DNA from: Camelus dromedarius
Taxonomy: Eukaryota
Assembly: GCF_036321535.1 (NCBI RefSeq)
Contig: NC_087436.1
Location: forward strand, 29,948,001 to 30,012,000
Reading direction: 5' to 3'
DNA length: 64,000 nt
This document shows positions 13,503-27,120 of this stretch, one piece after another. The notes under the pieces are model-generated. The model ran no database searches, was not told where the DNA came from, and saw only the letters and a list, made by a program, of their open reading frames with translations. A program made the translations under genes and the position numbers. Numbering within the stretch: the stretch's first letter is position 1; each line of letters begins with the position of its first letter.

Positions 13503-13860
13503 TGGCAGGCTGCATTGTTCAAAAATATTTAGCAGCACTTTCTCTGAAATGATAATACACACCAATCACCCATCTCAGGCATCATCAACTGATTTGCTCT
13601 GGCCAGTGGAATGTGACATTTGTTGCTTCTGAACAGAAACCTAAAGAGCCAGTTTATGGTTGACAGTTTTCTTTCTGCTTCGCCTTGGTGATAAGACAAT
13701 GCTCTAAAGAGAACTGCTCCATCGACCTAGGTCCTGAAAAAACACAACAAAGAATAAACCCAAATCATTGTACATGTAGAGTGACTAAGAATAAGTCTTT
13801 ATTGTAAAGCACGGAAATTTAGAGTTGTTTCATATTGCAGCAAAGTGTAGCCTGTTATGT
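13503..13860 (+). mobile_element. MLT1 (I/J-like) MaLR LTR
   Basis: gatttgctctggccagtggaatgtga; gctccatcgacctaggtcctga; terminal ttgtaaagcacggaaatttagagttgtttcatattgcagca. Confidence 0.8.
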
Positions 13861-13909
13861 CTGAAATGGGACTCGCTATTTTAAGAGTTAGATCTTGGGG
13901 ATATTCTGT

Positions 13910-14060
13910 GGCAGGCAGGGTGATGTAGCAGAAAAAAACAAAAAAACAAATCCTGCCCCCACTTTTAGAAACTTATTTGTTGTTGTACAAGTCACTTTAT
14001 TCTGCGAGCCTCAGATTTTATACCTGAGTAGTAATAACAAATATGCTAGTGGTTCTAGGG
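13910..14060 (+). mobile_element. MIR fragment
   Basis: caagtcactttattctgcgagcctcagattttatacctg matches MIR core. Confidence 0.55.
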
Positions 14061-14915
14061 AAAAAATTTGATTTCGTACCCAGCCCCAACTTTATTCATT
14101 TTAAAATGTAATTACGCGTTCTTTTGGATATTAGAAATTACATGCAGGAGAAGTCTAGTCTGTTGTGTGCCAGTTCAGTGAGAATACAGTAGACAGACTT
14201 TTTCCTCTTTAATTCATATTCCCTGTCCTTTATTGTTTATGGAAGGGATGCTGTTATTTGCACAGTGTTGTAGCTATGACATCACATGAGCTTTTTACAG
14301 CAGAATCCTAGAACAAGGGATAGAAAAGCTGATTGAATTCAGTTATGGTGACAAGCTCATTGGCACTCAGCCATATTACATGAGATAACAGTAAATTTAA
14401 AATAGAACAATGCAAAATAAAAATTTAAGAACCAAACTTTCTTCTTGAAAAGAAAGAAGCATACTCTTTTATCAAACAGTGATAATAATCTAGCAGATTT
14501 CAGTTCAAGTTTCTTCCAGGAGTAGTTACTTCTGGTCTTTTTCTTACAGCATTTGACACTCAAAGTATATGAAAATTATGCCAACAGTAGCCAGGTAGGA
14601 AACATAAATGAATAAAGAAAAAAAGCATGGTAAATTGGGTAATTAAAGCACCAGCTCAGTGGGATACCTATTATTTAGTTCCCACAGTTGGTTTCTGGTG
14701 GGAATTTTTAAAAATTCACTGTCTCTAGACAGTCTCAATTTTTCAGAGTTAACCAGAAATCTATATATTTACAAATTGGATTTTTTAAAACAGTGCCAAT
14801 AATTTGAATCTATGTGAGATGTATTTCAGCAATCTATCCATTAAACAAAATGTTAGGTATATCTTCAATCATTAGTCTATAGATATATAATTACCACTTA
14901 ATGGAATTATATGGG

Positions 14916-14976
14916 AATATTTAATGGTAAAATAATATTTATTGGTAAAATAATATTTAATGGTAAAATAATATTT
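14916..14976. repeat. 18-bp tandem repeat, about 3.4 copies
   Basis: aatatttaatggtaaaat / aatatttattggtaaaat / aatatttaatggtaaaat / aatattt. Confidence 0.9.
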
Positions 14977-15149
14977 TTCTTCAGATGAGACTTCAGTTGG
15001 TCTAAGAAAACCATTACTGATATCTACTTAAAAGATAGAGGTCTAATGTTCCTTTCTAGTATATAGATCCCATTCTATACTATTAAAATCTTAATAAGTC
15101 TAAGCTCTTACCATGTCTTCCTAGGGCTAAAGTTTCCCATTCCTTTCAT

Positions 15150-15735
15150 TCATGTTCACCCCAAATTTTTCTCACAACAATCAGAAAGATACTTACAAAA
15201 TGTAAATCACATTATGCTACCCTTTTTCCCCAACCCAGCACTGGCTGTGCTTTGAAAGTAGAATAAATATTAAAATACTGCCTGCTGCATGAGAAGCGTT
15301 TTCTCTACTGCCCCTGCTTCACTCTCTGAACCTACACACGTGTCACTTTTCTGCTCTCACCTTTACTTTCTTTCTACTCCTGGAAAACGTCACATTGTTC
15401 TCTAGGGATTTTGCCAACCTTTTCTAGTGGGGCATTATCTCCCAGAGTTTAAAGTGACTGATCACTTTATTTAAGTTCCAGTTATTTGTAAAGATCTTAA
15501 CTGATCATTGTATCACAAGTAGCACTGTCACATTAACTAGATTTGTTGTTTTCACACTGTCTTTATTTGGCTGTGTTTTCCCTTTTTTTTTTTTTTTTTT
15601 AAGTCTCTTTCCATAAGAATTTAAGCTCTTGAGAGCAATACATTTTCCTAATGTATTTTCATAACTTTGCCCAAGAAAGAAGAGTACCCAAGGTGTGTGT
15701 GTGTTTGTGTGTATTACCTAAGCATTGAATAAAAT
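15150..15735 (+). mobile_element. L2 3' region, decayed
   Basis: aaaatgtaaatcacattatg; agaatttaagctcttgagagca. Confidence 0.6.
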
Positions 15736-17379
15736 CTGGTTTTGGTTAATATGTTCTTCCATGTTGATGCCAGAATTAGACATGCAACATCCAATACTCC
15801 GTCTGAATTTCTTCACCCATTAATTGAAACTACTAGTTGAAAAACTGCAGTTTCTGCTTCCTTGTAATGTTTCTCCTCTACTTTGCTTTATTTAATGTGT
15901 AGAAAAAATATTTGATTTCATGAGACTTTTTAATCTACTGATTCTTGATATTATGGAGAACTCATATGTGACCAAGAATGACCTAATGTAAAGATCCATC
16001 CAAAAATATTTTGCTATTTGTTATTGGGTATCATCTGTCTCACTATTTTAGAATATTTATATTTTTGTTCCATGATCCTGGCAAATATATTATAATCATT
16101 TAAGAAATTAAAAGAAAATAGTGATGTTTGTGATTTAGTCCAGACATTCTGATAAAATTAACTAGGATTTAGGGATTTAGCCTCTGCATTGGTATTTAAT
16201 GAAAGCTCACTCATGGTATTTTAGCCAGAATATGAGAACCTAAGAATGAATTACCCGTTTAAAGAAAAGCTTGAGGCCACTGTAGACAGATCTAATGGAG
16301 GGAAGTGGGTCAAGGTTGATTCTTTTGATATTTTCAAATTAAAGGGAGGGAGCATAATATTGCAAAATATTTCAGTAAAATAAGGAATTTTGAATCTTAA
16401 TAAATGTTATTTTTAAAAAAGTGATCATTTGAATGAGAGACTGCCCACATCTTTCCTTTGTTAATGCTATTGGACATCACGTAACAAATAAAATCACAGC
16501 TTTCTCTTAAGTCAGGCCGGTCCTTACTTTTTTCTGATTTTCAAGGTACTGTGCCTGAAAATAAGCTCAAATTTCTTTCGTATTAGAGTACTTCTCCTCA
16601 TTTTGCTTTCAGTTGATATGTAGGATTTATAAGACTTTTACATGTTTGCAAAGAAATGATGTTTCTGGTAGTAGAATCAGTTCTATTTTGCCTTAGGTTA
16701 GCCCTAGCCCTCACTTGTCCATAGTGCATCTCACTTTACATTTTTAAATTAACAAAGGGATATCTGTTCTTGCTTCTTAATAGTTTACCATTTAAATATT
16801 AACATGTATTTAAGAAATATTCACCTGTGTTAGGAAGCTGGTAAACATGTTATATTTTGCAGCTAAAAACTATGAAACTTAGACCTCATCTGCAAAGAAT
16901 GTCATTTTCTGGATTTGTTAGGAACCAAACAAGTTTAACTCTGTAGAAATCATCATCCTGTAAGAACAGTGGTTAAGAACACTGCTACAAAGCTCTGAGG
17001 AGAGAAGGCAACATTGTACCTTTAGAGAAGGGAGTAAGTCTCATATGAAGAATTTATGGAGGTGACAACTCCCTTGATAAGTTCTTACTATGGAAAGCAC
17101 TGTGGGATCTACTTTCCCTGAACAAGCTCAATACCTCAGAAAGAGTAAACAAACAAACAAACTCTGTGGTTACTATCTCAGGCTTCAGAACCATGTTCAG
17201 GGAGTGAAGGAATGCAAATGAAAATTTCTGTGATGTTCTAGACTAGGAAGATGGATACTTTAGCAATGATCACCAAAAAATGGATCTGAATTCCCTAAAA
17301 CCTTCTGGTACAGCTATTTCCTATGAATAATTATCCAAGTTCTTCACATTATTTCCATCTACATTTAAAGTGGTTCAAT

Positions 17380-17700
17380 ATATATATTTACATAGTGTGG
17401 TATGATTTATGTAAAGTAGTTCCCATGTGTAGCATTACTTAAGACTCCTTTCCAAAAATTTGTAGCAAAGCACTGACAGCAATATATGAAAGCTCTCCTG
17501 TGCCCCCAACAATGTCAGTAGTGCTGTTAGGACCACATGGCCCTATATTTTCACACTTTGCCTCCATGATCAGTAAACTATGTATCACTGTGAGTTTATT
17601 TACAAGTTCCTACTTATCACTGAAATTTATGTTACTCATTTGGTGACTTATCTGCTCATATATTGTTAATTAATCAAATGACTGTCTTTTTTGATCAGTT
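17380..17700 (-). mobile_element. Old L1M fragment
   Basis: tttccaaaaatttgtagc...cagcaatatatgaaag resembles antisense L1 ORF2 end. Confidence 0.45.
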
Positions 17701-17714
17701 TGAATAAACTTAAA

Positions 17715-18940
17715 TAGTAAACAGATTTAAGTGTAGGAGCTGAAACTGAAAAACTCTGAGGAGAAGACACTGGGGAAAAGCTTCATAACATTGGTCTTGA
17801 CAAAGGTTTAATGGATATGATACCAAAAACATAGCAACAAGTAGAAAAATAAACAAGCTAGACTACATAAAGCTAAAAACATCCTCCAGAGCAAAGGAAA
17901 CATTCAACAGAGTGAAAAGGCAACCTATAGAATGGGAGAAGATATGTGCATACCATTTATCTGATAAGAGGTTAGTATTTTAAACATATAAAGAACTCCT
18001 GTAACTAAATAGTTTAAAACAAAACAAAACAAAACAAAACAAAAAAAACAAACAAATGATAACCCTAAAGACCTGGTTAGATATTTCTCCAAAGGTAAAA
18101 TGACTGACATATACATGAAAAACTGCTTGATGTCACTAAGCATCAAGAAAATGCAGATAAAACCACAATGAGATATACCTCAGACCTATTAGGATCACTG
18201 TTATCCAAAACACAAAACAACAAGTGTAGGTGAGGATGTGAATAAATTGGAACATAGACATATTGTTGGTAGGAATGAAAAGTGACACAGTTTCCATGGA
18301 AAACAATGTGGAGGTTCCTCAAAAATTTGTAAATATAACCATCATATTATCCAGCAATCCTACCTCTGGGTATTTATCCAAATGAATAGAAATCATCATC
18401 TCAAAGAGATATCTGTACTTCCATGTTTACTACATCACTCTTCACAATAGCCAAGATTGGAAACAACTTCCATATCCATCAATAGATGAATAGGAAAAAA
18501 AAAAGCAACTATAGTATGTATATACACATAAGGGAATACTATTCAGCCTTTAAAAATCAGAAATGTTTGTAATGCAGCAACATGAATGAACTTACAGGAT
18601 GTTATGTCACTTGAAATAAACCAGTTATCAAGAACAAACACTGTATGATTCCACTTATTTGAGGGATCTAAAATAGCCAAGTTCAAGGAAGCAACATAAA
18701 GAATGGTGGTTGACAGGGTCTGGGTGGAAAGGGAAATGGGGAGTTAATCATTAATAGGCATTAAGTTTCAATTTAGCCAGATTAGTAAACTCTGGAGATC
18801 TGCTGTGCAACATTGTACCTATAGTCAATAATAATGTACACTTAAAATTTTAAGAGGATAGATCAAATATTAAGTGTTCTCACTATAATAAAGTACATTT
18901 TTATTAAAAAAAAAACAAAAATTGAAAAAAAAGAAATAAA
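17715..18940 (+). mobile_element. 5'-truncated L1 (L1MA9/10-like) with 3'UTR and A-rich tail; internal (AAAAC)n near 18016-18053
   Basis: ORF2 end (aacagagtgaaaaggcaacctatagaatgggagaagatatgtgc), 3'UTR ctggagatctgctgtgcaacattg, tail 18906-18940. Confidence 0.92.
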
Positions 18941-19124
18941 CTCTTTGTCAGAGTTTATTTTTATACCTTTATATACTGTATATATTTTTATACCTTTATA
19001 TACTGTATATATACCTGTATATAAAGTATATACAGGTATACTTTTATACCTGCAACAAAGATTTATTAATCACCTTCTCTGAGTCTGTCATAATTGGATA
19101 ATCACATTAAAGAATGGATCAGGG

Positions 19125-19338
19125 CAGTGGTTCTCAAATGGGTGATTTTGCTTGCCCTCCACCCTGCAGACATTTGGCAATGTCTAGAGTTGTGTGTGTT
19201 TGTCACAGTTGGAGGGGAGGGGTGTGCTCTGGGCATCTAAGTAATAGAGATCAGGGATGCTCAACATCCTCCAAAGCAAAGGACAGTCCCCACAACAAAG
19301 AATTACCTGGGCCAAAGTGCCAAGGCTGAAAAAGTCTG
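19125..19338 (+). mobile_element. MER20 hAT-Charlie DNA transposon
   Basis: CAGTGGTTCTCAA terminus, gacatttggcaatgtctagag, ggacagtccccacaacaaagaatta. Confidence 0.9.
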
Positions 19339-19649
19339 GATTAAGGAAGTGTATAATGAGCACAAAAGGGCTTGTGTGAAGTTAGTGATAATGAATTTAG
19401 AATTAGAGCATTCTAAAAACTCTCCAAGGAGAATTCTACTCTTTGTTTTGTTTTGTGGATTGAAAAGCTGGAATTACTTAGTGAAATATCTGGGGAGTGT
19501 TGCAATTACCTATCAGGCAAATATGAGGGTAGAAGGACAGACAGTTGAAAATTGATACAAGAAATGATTATAGTGAATGGAATGGAATCCCTGCTACATA
19601 AAAATGGAAGACAGACCATGAAAATACTATACAAATGTATTGTAGTTCC

Positions 19650-20950
19650 AGCTTAGATCAAATTATTTTTGGAGTTGTCCTCAGGTATTTTGTTTTGATG
19701 ATGTTTTTGTCTGTTCCTATATCAATACTTTATTGATTTGACCAGAATGACTTTTACAAGTCATTTATATCTAATAAGGCAAATTATCATCACTTTTCCT
19801 TTTAAAATCTCTGTCATGTGTTCTTTTATATAAACCTTAATATTATTTTATTTCAATTCAAACATAATGTAAACCATACAAAAGTACATGGTGTTCTCAT
19901 GACAATTGTATTTACATATTTAATGTATCATAGTATACATGTTTTTCATCTGAATTTTTCATGACAATATTCATAAACATATTCTTATGTCATTACACTT
20001 AAATTCTGTTTTATAAATTTCAGTAGAGTCTTCTAATTTCATCAGGTAGTTCCTAGATTTTATTATTAAACTTATTCACAGTTTTTCACAGTTTTGTTGC
20101 TATTATAAATGCAGTGATTTAGCTATTAATCTAGTGAATGCTTGATTTTCTTTTTTCTAGAGCTTGGTTTTCTCAGATATACAACTTATTGTCCACAAAA
20201 GCATGCTCTTCTATATTCTTGTCTTCTGATGCTGCTAGGACTTTCAAAACAATGCCAAGAAATAATGTTGAGAGAAATTAGGCCTCTCAGATTCTGATGG
20301 TAATCAAATTCATTTTTATATTTCACCAAATTAGGAAAATATTTGCTGTTGAGATTTGAAAATTGACAGTGATAAATACATAGTTCTATTTTATTCTCAT
20401 TTTGTTTAGAATTTGAATAAGGGATGGTTGCTGATTTTTATAAATGATATTCTAGCATTTATAAATGCTAGTAATGTCAACATAGCTTTCCTCTTTAGTT
20501 TATTGACATTTAATAATTTGTTTATGTAGATTGATTCTCATATATCAAGGAAAAATTTTTTTATATTGATGTATTTTATTTTGATTCATTGCTATGTTCT
20601 TTTAGCTTATGTTTAAAATAAGTTTACAATACAATAATCAGAATTAGGTTATCCTAAGATTTTCTTTATATTATATATAAGATTTTGACATTAAATTTAT
20701 GCTAATTTCACACCTTGATCAGGAAAGAATTGCATTTATTTTCTACGGTAATTTACATAATATTAGGCTTATCAGATCTTTAGAATGTAGGTATCTTTAT
20801 GTCTGACCTTAATGGCATTTCAACTACAAATCTTCACCTTTCTAATTGGCTCCGAGATAATTTTTATACCAAAATTTCCACTTCTTCTGGATCATTTTTG
20901 GTAAATTGTATCTTTGTTTTGACTCATCCATGTCCTCTAGTTTTAAAAAT
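19650..20950 (-). mobile_element. Old L1ME/L1M5 ORF2 fragment
   Basis: ttttgttgctattataaatg; gctaggactttcaaaacaatg; T-rich antisense L1 pattern. Confidence 0.65.
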
Positions 20951-22232
20951 ATTTGTGACTTACCTTGTATTTTTTTTTTACTCTCAAAAATTATTTACCA
21001 TCAGAACAATTAATCTATGATAATCATGAAAATGTTTGTTACTGTTTAATTCCTGGTGTTAAATGAGTCAGTGAAGAATGAATCATTAAAAGATTTTCAA
21101 CTTGGAAAACACTGATATGCTAGAAAACACTGATTTCTGTTGTTTTTGTCTTTGCCACTGATTTTGTTTTTCTCCTGGAGTATGTTGCGAAGTCATGACT
21201 TTGCTTTTCAAAGAAAGCATCTCATTCTGCAGATCACACTGTCTTGCTGTTAAAAAGATTCGATTACCTTTTCCTAGAAATAATTTGATATTTTACTTGC
21301 CTTCCACAATTGCATGAAGAGAAACTTTCAAATATATAACCCTAGGATCTTTCAGGAGAAAACAAAACAAAAAAAAATGGAACATGCTATTATTACTAAG
21401 TGCTGTTATTTTATCTTTGTCATCAATACAATCATCCTTCAAATATGAATAACTTCACATAAAAGTATTCTTGAATCATAATAGGCACTATTATTGCTTT
21501 GTAGTGATCTGTCTGTTGTGGAATATAGCTGATAATTATCACTCTGAAGTAAAATATCATTTCTTCACACATTATCTCCTTTGAAACCATTTGATGTGAC
21601 AACACAGTAAAATCATATTATTGTTGATATTAAAATCATGCCATTTCTGAATTGTGCTAGAAAAAAACATTTTTTTACTTTGTTACCCCTAAAATTATTC
21701 TCTTTACTTGGTGATTTTTCTTGTTGCAATTTACTAGTAAGTTTCTTAATATAGAAAGTAACTGTCGGAGAATAGTTGTCCAAAAGATTTACATATTTTT
21801 ACACTTCTTTGACTTTGTATTCTTTTTTAGGAATATTACTATGTTAATTTAACTATTAGTACACATTTAATAGTGTAGACTATCTTCCTTGACTAAAGCA
21901 GCTTTTAAGAATTTTATAAATAATACACCGATTATATGTTTTTGTCTTGATGTTCACTTAACACATACGTAAAATGAGGCAGTTAATCAGATATTTTCCT
22001 CAGATTGTGTTATCTGTGTGTTGTGTTACCTATGACTTAGTTGGATTAGCAAGTCAGATGGTGAAAAGCAAATAAAAGAATGCCATTAGATTATAAGGAA
22101 AGAAAATAAGTAATGTAATTTAGGTGGCCTAAGCAAAGTTTGCAAGTGAATGTCAATCAATGACACCAAATTTCAGAAGACCAAACAGAAATTGGTTTGA
22201 TTGTATGAAAGGAAAGTAGAAAATACAAACCA

Positions 22233-22253
22233 TATATATATATATATATATAT
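22233..22253. repeat. (TA)n microsatellite
   Basis: Seen directly. Confidence 0.85.
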
Positions 22254-22349
22254 GCAAATAGAATTTCTAGGACTAAAAGAGTCAGAAAAATAGGTGTTAA
22301 ATTTTCTTCAATGAATGTGAAAGATGTCAAATTAATAGTAAAAATGAAA

Positions 22350-22800
22350 AGAACTAACAGTTACTGAATACTTATTCTGTCTGGCACTCTAAATGTTTTA
22401 TTGGAATTATCTAAATTAACCCTCAAAATAATCACAGGGTAGGTGACATTAGCTTACTCATACAACAGTTGAGCAATCTGATACTGAGCTTAGTGAGGGA
22501 ATAGTTATTAAATGTGACCAGACTCAATCTGCCTCTAAATTGTAAACTTGTTTTTACATAATCAAACTGTGCCTTCTTCAATTATAATCTTAGTGCCTAA
22601 CATTATTGATGGATTAGAATCTGCCAGGCTTATGCTGTAGGCTTTACATGCATTTTTTATTCTGTCCTCAAGTCATAGCTTTCATTACGTATTGCTGTCC
22701 CCATGGTACGGATATATAAAGTGAATTCCAGACATAATTGTTACTTGTTCAGATTCACCTAATTAGTAATTAGCAAAGCCATAATCAGTATGACATCACA
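22350..22800 (-). mobile_element. Two adjacent antisense MIR fragments
   Basis: ttactgaatacttattctgtctggcactct; tgccaggcttatgctgtaggctttacatgcatt. Confidence 0.6.
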
Positions 22801-22899
22801 GCTTCTTGTCATTCTTCAACAGAAATTATTTTCAGTACAAAATGATTTGAGTAGCAGGTCTAAAAGAAGAGCATAAGACAATATAGATAATATGGAAGT

Positions 22900-23062
22900 G
22901 AGTTATCTCTTTAACGTTTACTATCTTTATCTATAAAATTAGAGTAACTATTATCTACCTCACAGCAACATTGAAATAATTAAATGAAAAACTGTATATA
23001 AAATATTTAATCCAGTGTGGGCACAGAGTAAATGTTAAATAAAATGTAGTTTTCATTATTAT
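22900..23062 (+). mobile_element. MIR fragment
   Basis: atctataaaattagagtaactattatctacctcacag...gcacagagtaaatgttaaataaaatgtag. Confidence 0.7.
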
Positions 23063-25199
23063 CACTAGCGACTATCAGACTAAAGTACTAAGTAGCATTA
23101 CAGAAAAAAAGTCACAAACAAAATGGAAAAAGTAAGAAAAAATGTTCATTGAGATGATTATTGACTGGTTTGTAGAATAACAAGTGAGGTAATAAAAATG
23201 TGCAAAATATCTACCAGAGTAGTTGACACATGGCAGGTACAGGAAAAACAATGCTTTATGAGAATTAAGCAATGGAACATTCCAGGGGATTAATTCTTGC
23301 CTTGACATGCTATTGGCCCATGCCTTGGTCTAGCATAGCATAGCATCCTGAGCTTTTTTGCTAGCACACTCCGTTTTCAGTATATATGTCCATATCACGT
23401 TTCATCAACTTAGCTAGCTAGCTAGATGGATGCCAGAGAAAGAAGGGGTATGTGTGTGTGTTCTGTGCATGCTTTAGGTCTCTGGCACTCTAGCAATCAA
23501 TTTCTTCACTGTTCAGAAATTGGTCATTTTATTCAAGGAAAGTCATAACTGTTTTCCTAAGCAAGATCAATTAAAAAAGAAAAGGAAAAAGACCTTTGGA
23601 GTAAAGAGCATTCTTGAAAGAAAGTAAATGTGGATGTGACAACTGAAGGATAACCAGGCTATCCATAATTATGGAGAAATAATAAGACTGTCTAAGTACT
23701 GATAGAGAATTATTTAAGCTAAAATACAAAACAAAGGAAATGTTTCCATCAGTGCTGGAGTATCCCCTGAATAATTTACAGCTGCCTTTCTTTAGGGAAG
23801 CAAGTAATTATTTTCTACCCTATCAGCATAGATTATCAGGTTTGTGCATTTGTATAAAATTGCTTTATTGTATTTATTATTATGATTTGTGATTTTGTTG
23901 CTATTCAGGGACTTTGTTATGATTTAAATGGATTGCACAAGGTCGTTCTTCGGAGACTTCAGAATGCTGGTGAAAAATGTCTTCTAAGTTTCTAAAGTGA
24001 GTTCCTCGCAATGATTTTAGTGCTTTGCATCTGTATTTTTACCATTCCATACTTGTAAAGCCAAAGATTGAACATTTCTTTTATCTTTATGGACTTCCTA
24101 ACAGTATTTCAGGAAAAAATTGTAGTAATATTTTGGTTAATGTTACTATAAATAGGCAAGCCATTTTAAAATTTTATTTTAAAGAGAGATTTTCTGTTTC
24201 TATTAAGTTAGTTTTAAGTAAAGTAACAGGAATGGAACATATTCATTCAGTAAGGATCATGATACAGAATAGAATTTATTTAAAATTTATTTTATAATGT
24301 TCACTTTCTCTGGAAGACTAACATTTAGGAATCACTTCATAAAACCACATACTACTTTTTACTTTTATAATGTAGGATTTGTGTCTTTCTGTGTCCCAAA
24401 ATGTGTGTTCTCATTTTATTAGCATCAGAGTGACAAGCTTTGGGGGCAATGATCTCTTTATTGGATGAATAAAAGTTATATAATTCATTGATCTTTATAT
24501 GTAATTCAGAGATAGCTTCAACTAAAGTATATATGCAATTTATTGTCATTTCATAGGTTCAGAGTCCATTGACTCTGATGGCTGAATTTTGAATTGAACT
24601 CTCAATTTGAAGTCTTTTGAATCCCTAATGATTTCATAGCACCATCACCATCAATCAATGCTGTTTTCTTTTATTGTTACTCGTGTTCAAATCATCATAA
24701 AATCACAGTGACTTGGCAAAGTAGGTAATGTGAAACTTTTCTATGATTGAAAGCTGTAATAGCCTAATCACTAGTTTGTGTAAGTACAATACTCTCAGTT
24801 ATATTTCTTAAGCATTTATTACTTCAAAATTTACGAAATGCATTCAATCACTTGTCATAGCTCACTGAACCAAAATGTTGAATCAAATAATATATCACAC
24901 TGAAGACAGAATAAAAAAAAAATAGCAAAATGTCAAGATCCTCTTACAATTTTGTTTAGTCACACATTTTTCTTTTTTGCATTTGGTTATTTTCTTTCTT
25001 AATACAAAATAGATTTGATCTTAAGTAAAATACACATTTCAGTCATATCCAATACAAATGATTTTCCAATCATGAAGAGTTTAACTGGCCTAAATAGCTT
25101 CTCTGTAGTCCTAGGTCTAAGATTTTCCTCATTAGTTTCCACACACATGAAAATTAGTAAAACGTGTTCTGCTCATTCATAAAGAAAAGAACATTAAGG

Positions 25200-25492
25200 C
25201 AGTGTTTTCCTGTGTGTTTTAGCTGGAAAATAATTCCATGGTATAGTTATACTTTTTACCAACAAGGAATTTGTTGGGAAAACAAATTTGAGGGCACGTA
25301 ATATATTAAGCTCTATTATAGGGATTTGGGAGCTTTCATGTTTCTTAGGTGCATCATGAATCTTGGAGAACATAGAATGTCAAGGTTCCTCATTTTATTT
25401 CAGAAAATTTTCAAAAATTATTTCTCTGGAACATCTTTCTAAATCTATGTTCTGTGGGTGTAACAGGGGAAAGGAGGCTTTGGGAAATGATA
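25200..25492. mobile_element. Possible hAT-Charlie MITE
   Basis: Decayed termini cagtgttttcc...ctttgggaaatg. Confidence 0.4.
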
Positions 25493-26539
25493 TTCTATAA
25501 CAAGAACATTTAGAGACAAAAATTCATTTCATGTTTACATTCCATTTATAAACATTACTGTTCTCTTTTCTGATAATTTCTTTATTCTAGAGACAGAATC
25601 ATGAATGCTAGATCAAATTTGGCTGTTCACAAAGCAGCCTGGTGTGAGTGGTTGCAGCCCTGTGGGGCCCCTCTTATTCCTCACAGAGACAAAAAGCCCG
25701 ATCCAGAGGGGTTTTTTGTTTTGTTTTGTTAACATTTTTTTATTGAGTTGTAGTCATCTCTCTGTTTGAAGTGAGAGACCTGCCTGTAGAACCCAGAACC
25801 TTAGGATTGCTGCCTTTTTAACTCTTTAAATCCTAGTGGATTTAAGCAGAGATGAGTTTTTAGGGTGTACAATCAGGGTTAACATTTGGGTTAGCGCTGT
25901 ATGATTATTTGCTGTGCCATGGTTACAGAACCTGGTTCATTTTGTTTCATTGCTCACATCAATGTTAGGCCTGTTTAAGGGGTGTCAATTCAACAGACCT
26001 GACACATCTAATACAAGTTGCAGTCAGAAAAAAAAAAGATGTTTGCCCTTAATAACATAAGTTCAAATTTTAAGTGTTTTATTTGAGGCTGTGTTAGTGG
26101 TAACTCATTTTTTAGTAGGCTTGCTTTTTTTGTCTATATATTTCCGTGGTGTTGAATGCATAATCAACTTTAATTAGATTGTATGTGTCCTAGGAAGATT
26201 CCCATTCAGGGTAGATCCTCACCATTCTCTGAAGATAGTCGGAGACAGACCTTCCTAACAATTATAACTTCAGTCTGGTAGCATATGCCCTGAACTCAGC
26301 CAGGCAGCCAAAGATGAAGTATAGTCTGATGTGGAACTTGAGGGAAGATCAGAGAGAAATGAGAATGTACATGTTGAATTATTGCAAAATCTTGATACAG
26401 GCTAGTGACAAACTGTGCATTCGTCTATGGTCAAGCCCTCCTCCTGAATACTTTGTCCCATCTTACCCGGCCTCCTCAGGCATAATATTCTACAAATGAT
26501 CTCCTTACATTTTTGCATTATCAATCATTATCATCTATT

Positions 26540-27120
26540 TTATAATGCACAAAAAGTTAAAATTATTGTATCATATTAAAAATAAAGCCTTCTCAACCCA
26601 CATTTTTCAACTTATACAACCTTATTTTTTCTTTCTCTTTACAACAAAACTAATCCAAAAAGTTTATATTGTCTGTCTCATTCTTCTCAGTTCTCTCTTC
26701 CATATACTTCAATTTGCCTTTACCACCATCGCCTACTAAATCTTCTCTTGTAAGTTCATCAATGATCCCACTGATGCTTTAAATATGATCCAGTGACTGA
26801 TTGGGTCTCCTCTTACTTGACCTATCTTCATGAATTACCACAGGAGAGCCCACTTTCCTCCTTAAAACACTCAATTTGACTGTATTCCAAAACCTACATT
26901 CTCCTGGTTTTCACTTACATGAATCGCAATCTCCACTGCTGGTTCTTCCCGCGTTTCTAAACATTGGAGGGCCCCAGAGCTCAGTCCTCACACCTCTTCG
27001 TTATCATTTACTCTCTAAGTGCTCTAATCCAGTCTTATGAATCTAAAACACCAAATAAACTGAAAACAATTTAATGTCTTCAATGAAGGTTTCTTCTTGA
27101 ACTCCAGATTAGTATAGCCA
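26540..27120 (+). mobile_element. L2 LINE, left part (interrupted by L1)
   Basis: ctctaagtgctctaatccagtcttatg; ttcttgaactccaga. Confidence 0.75.
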
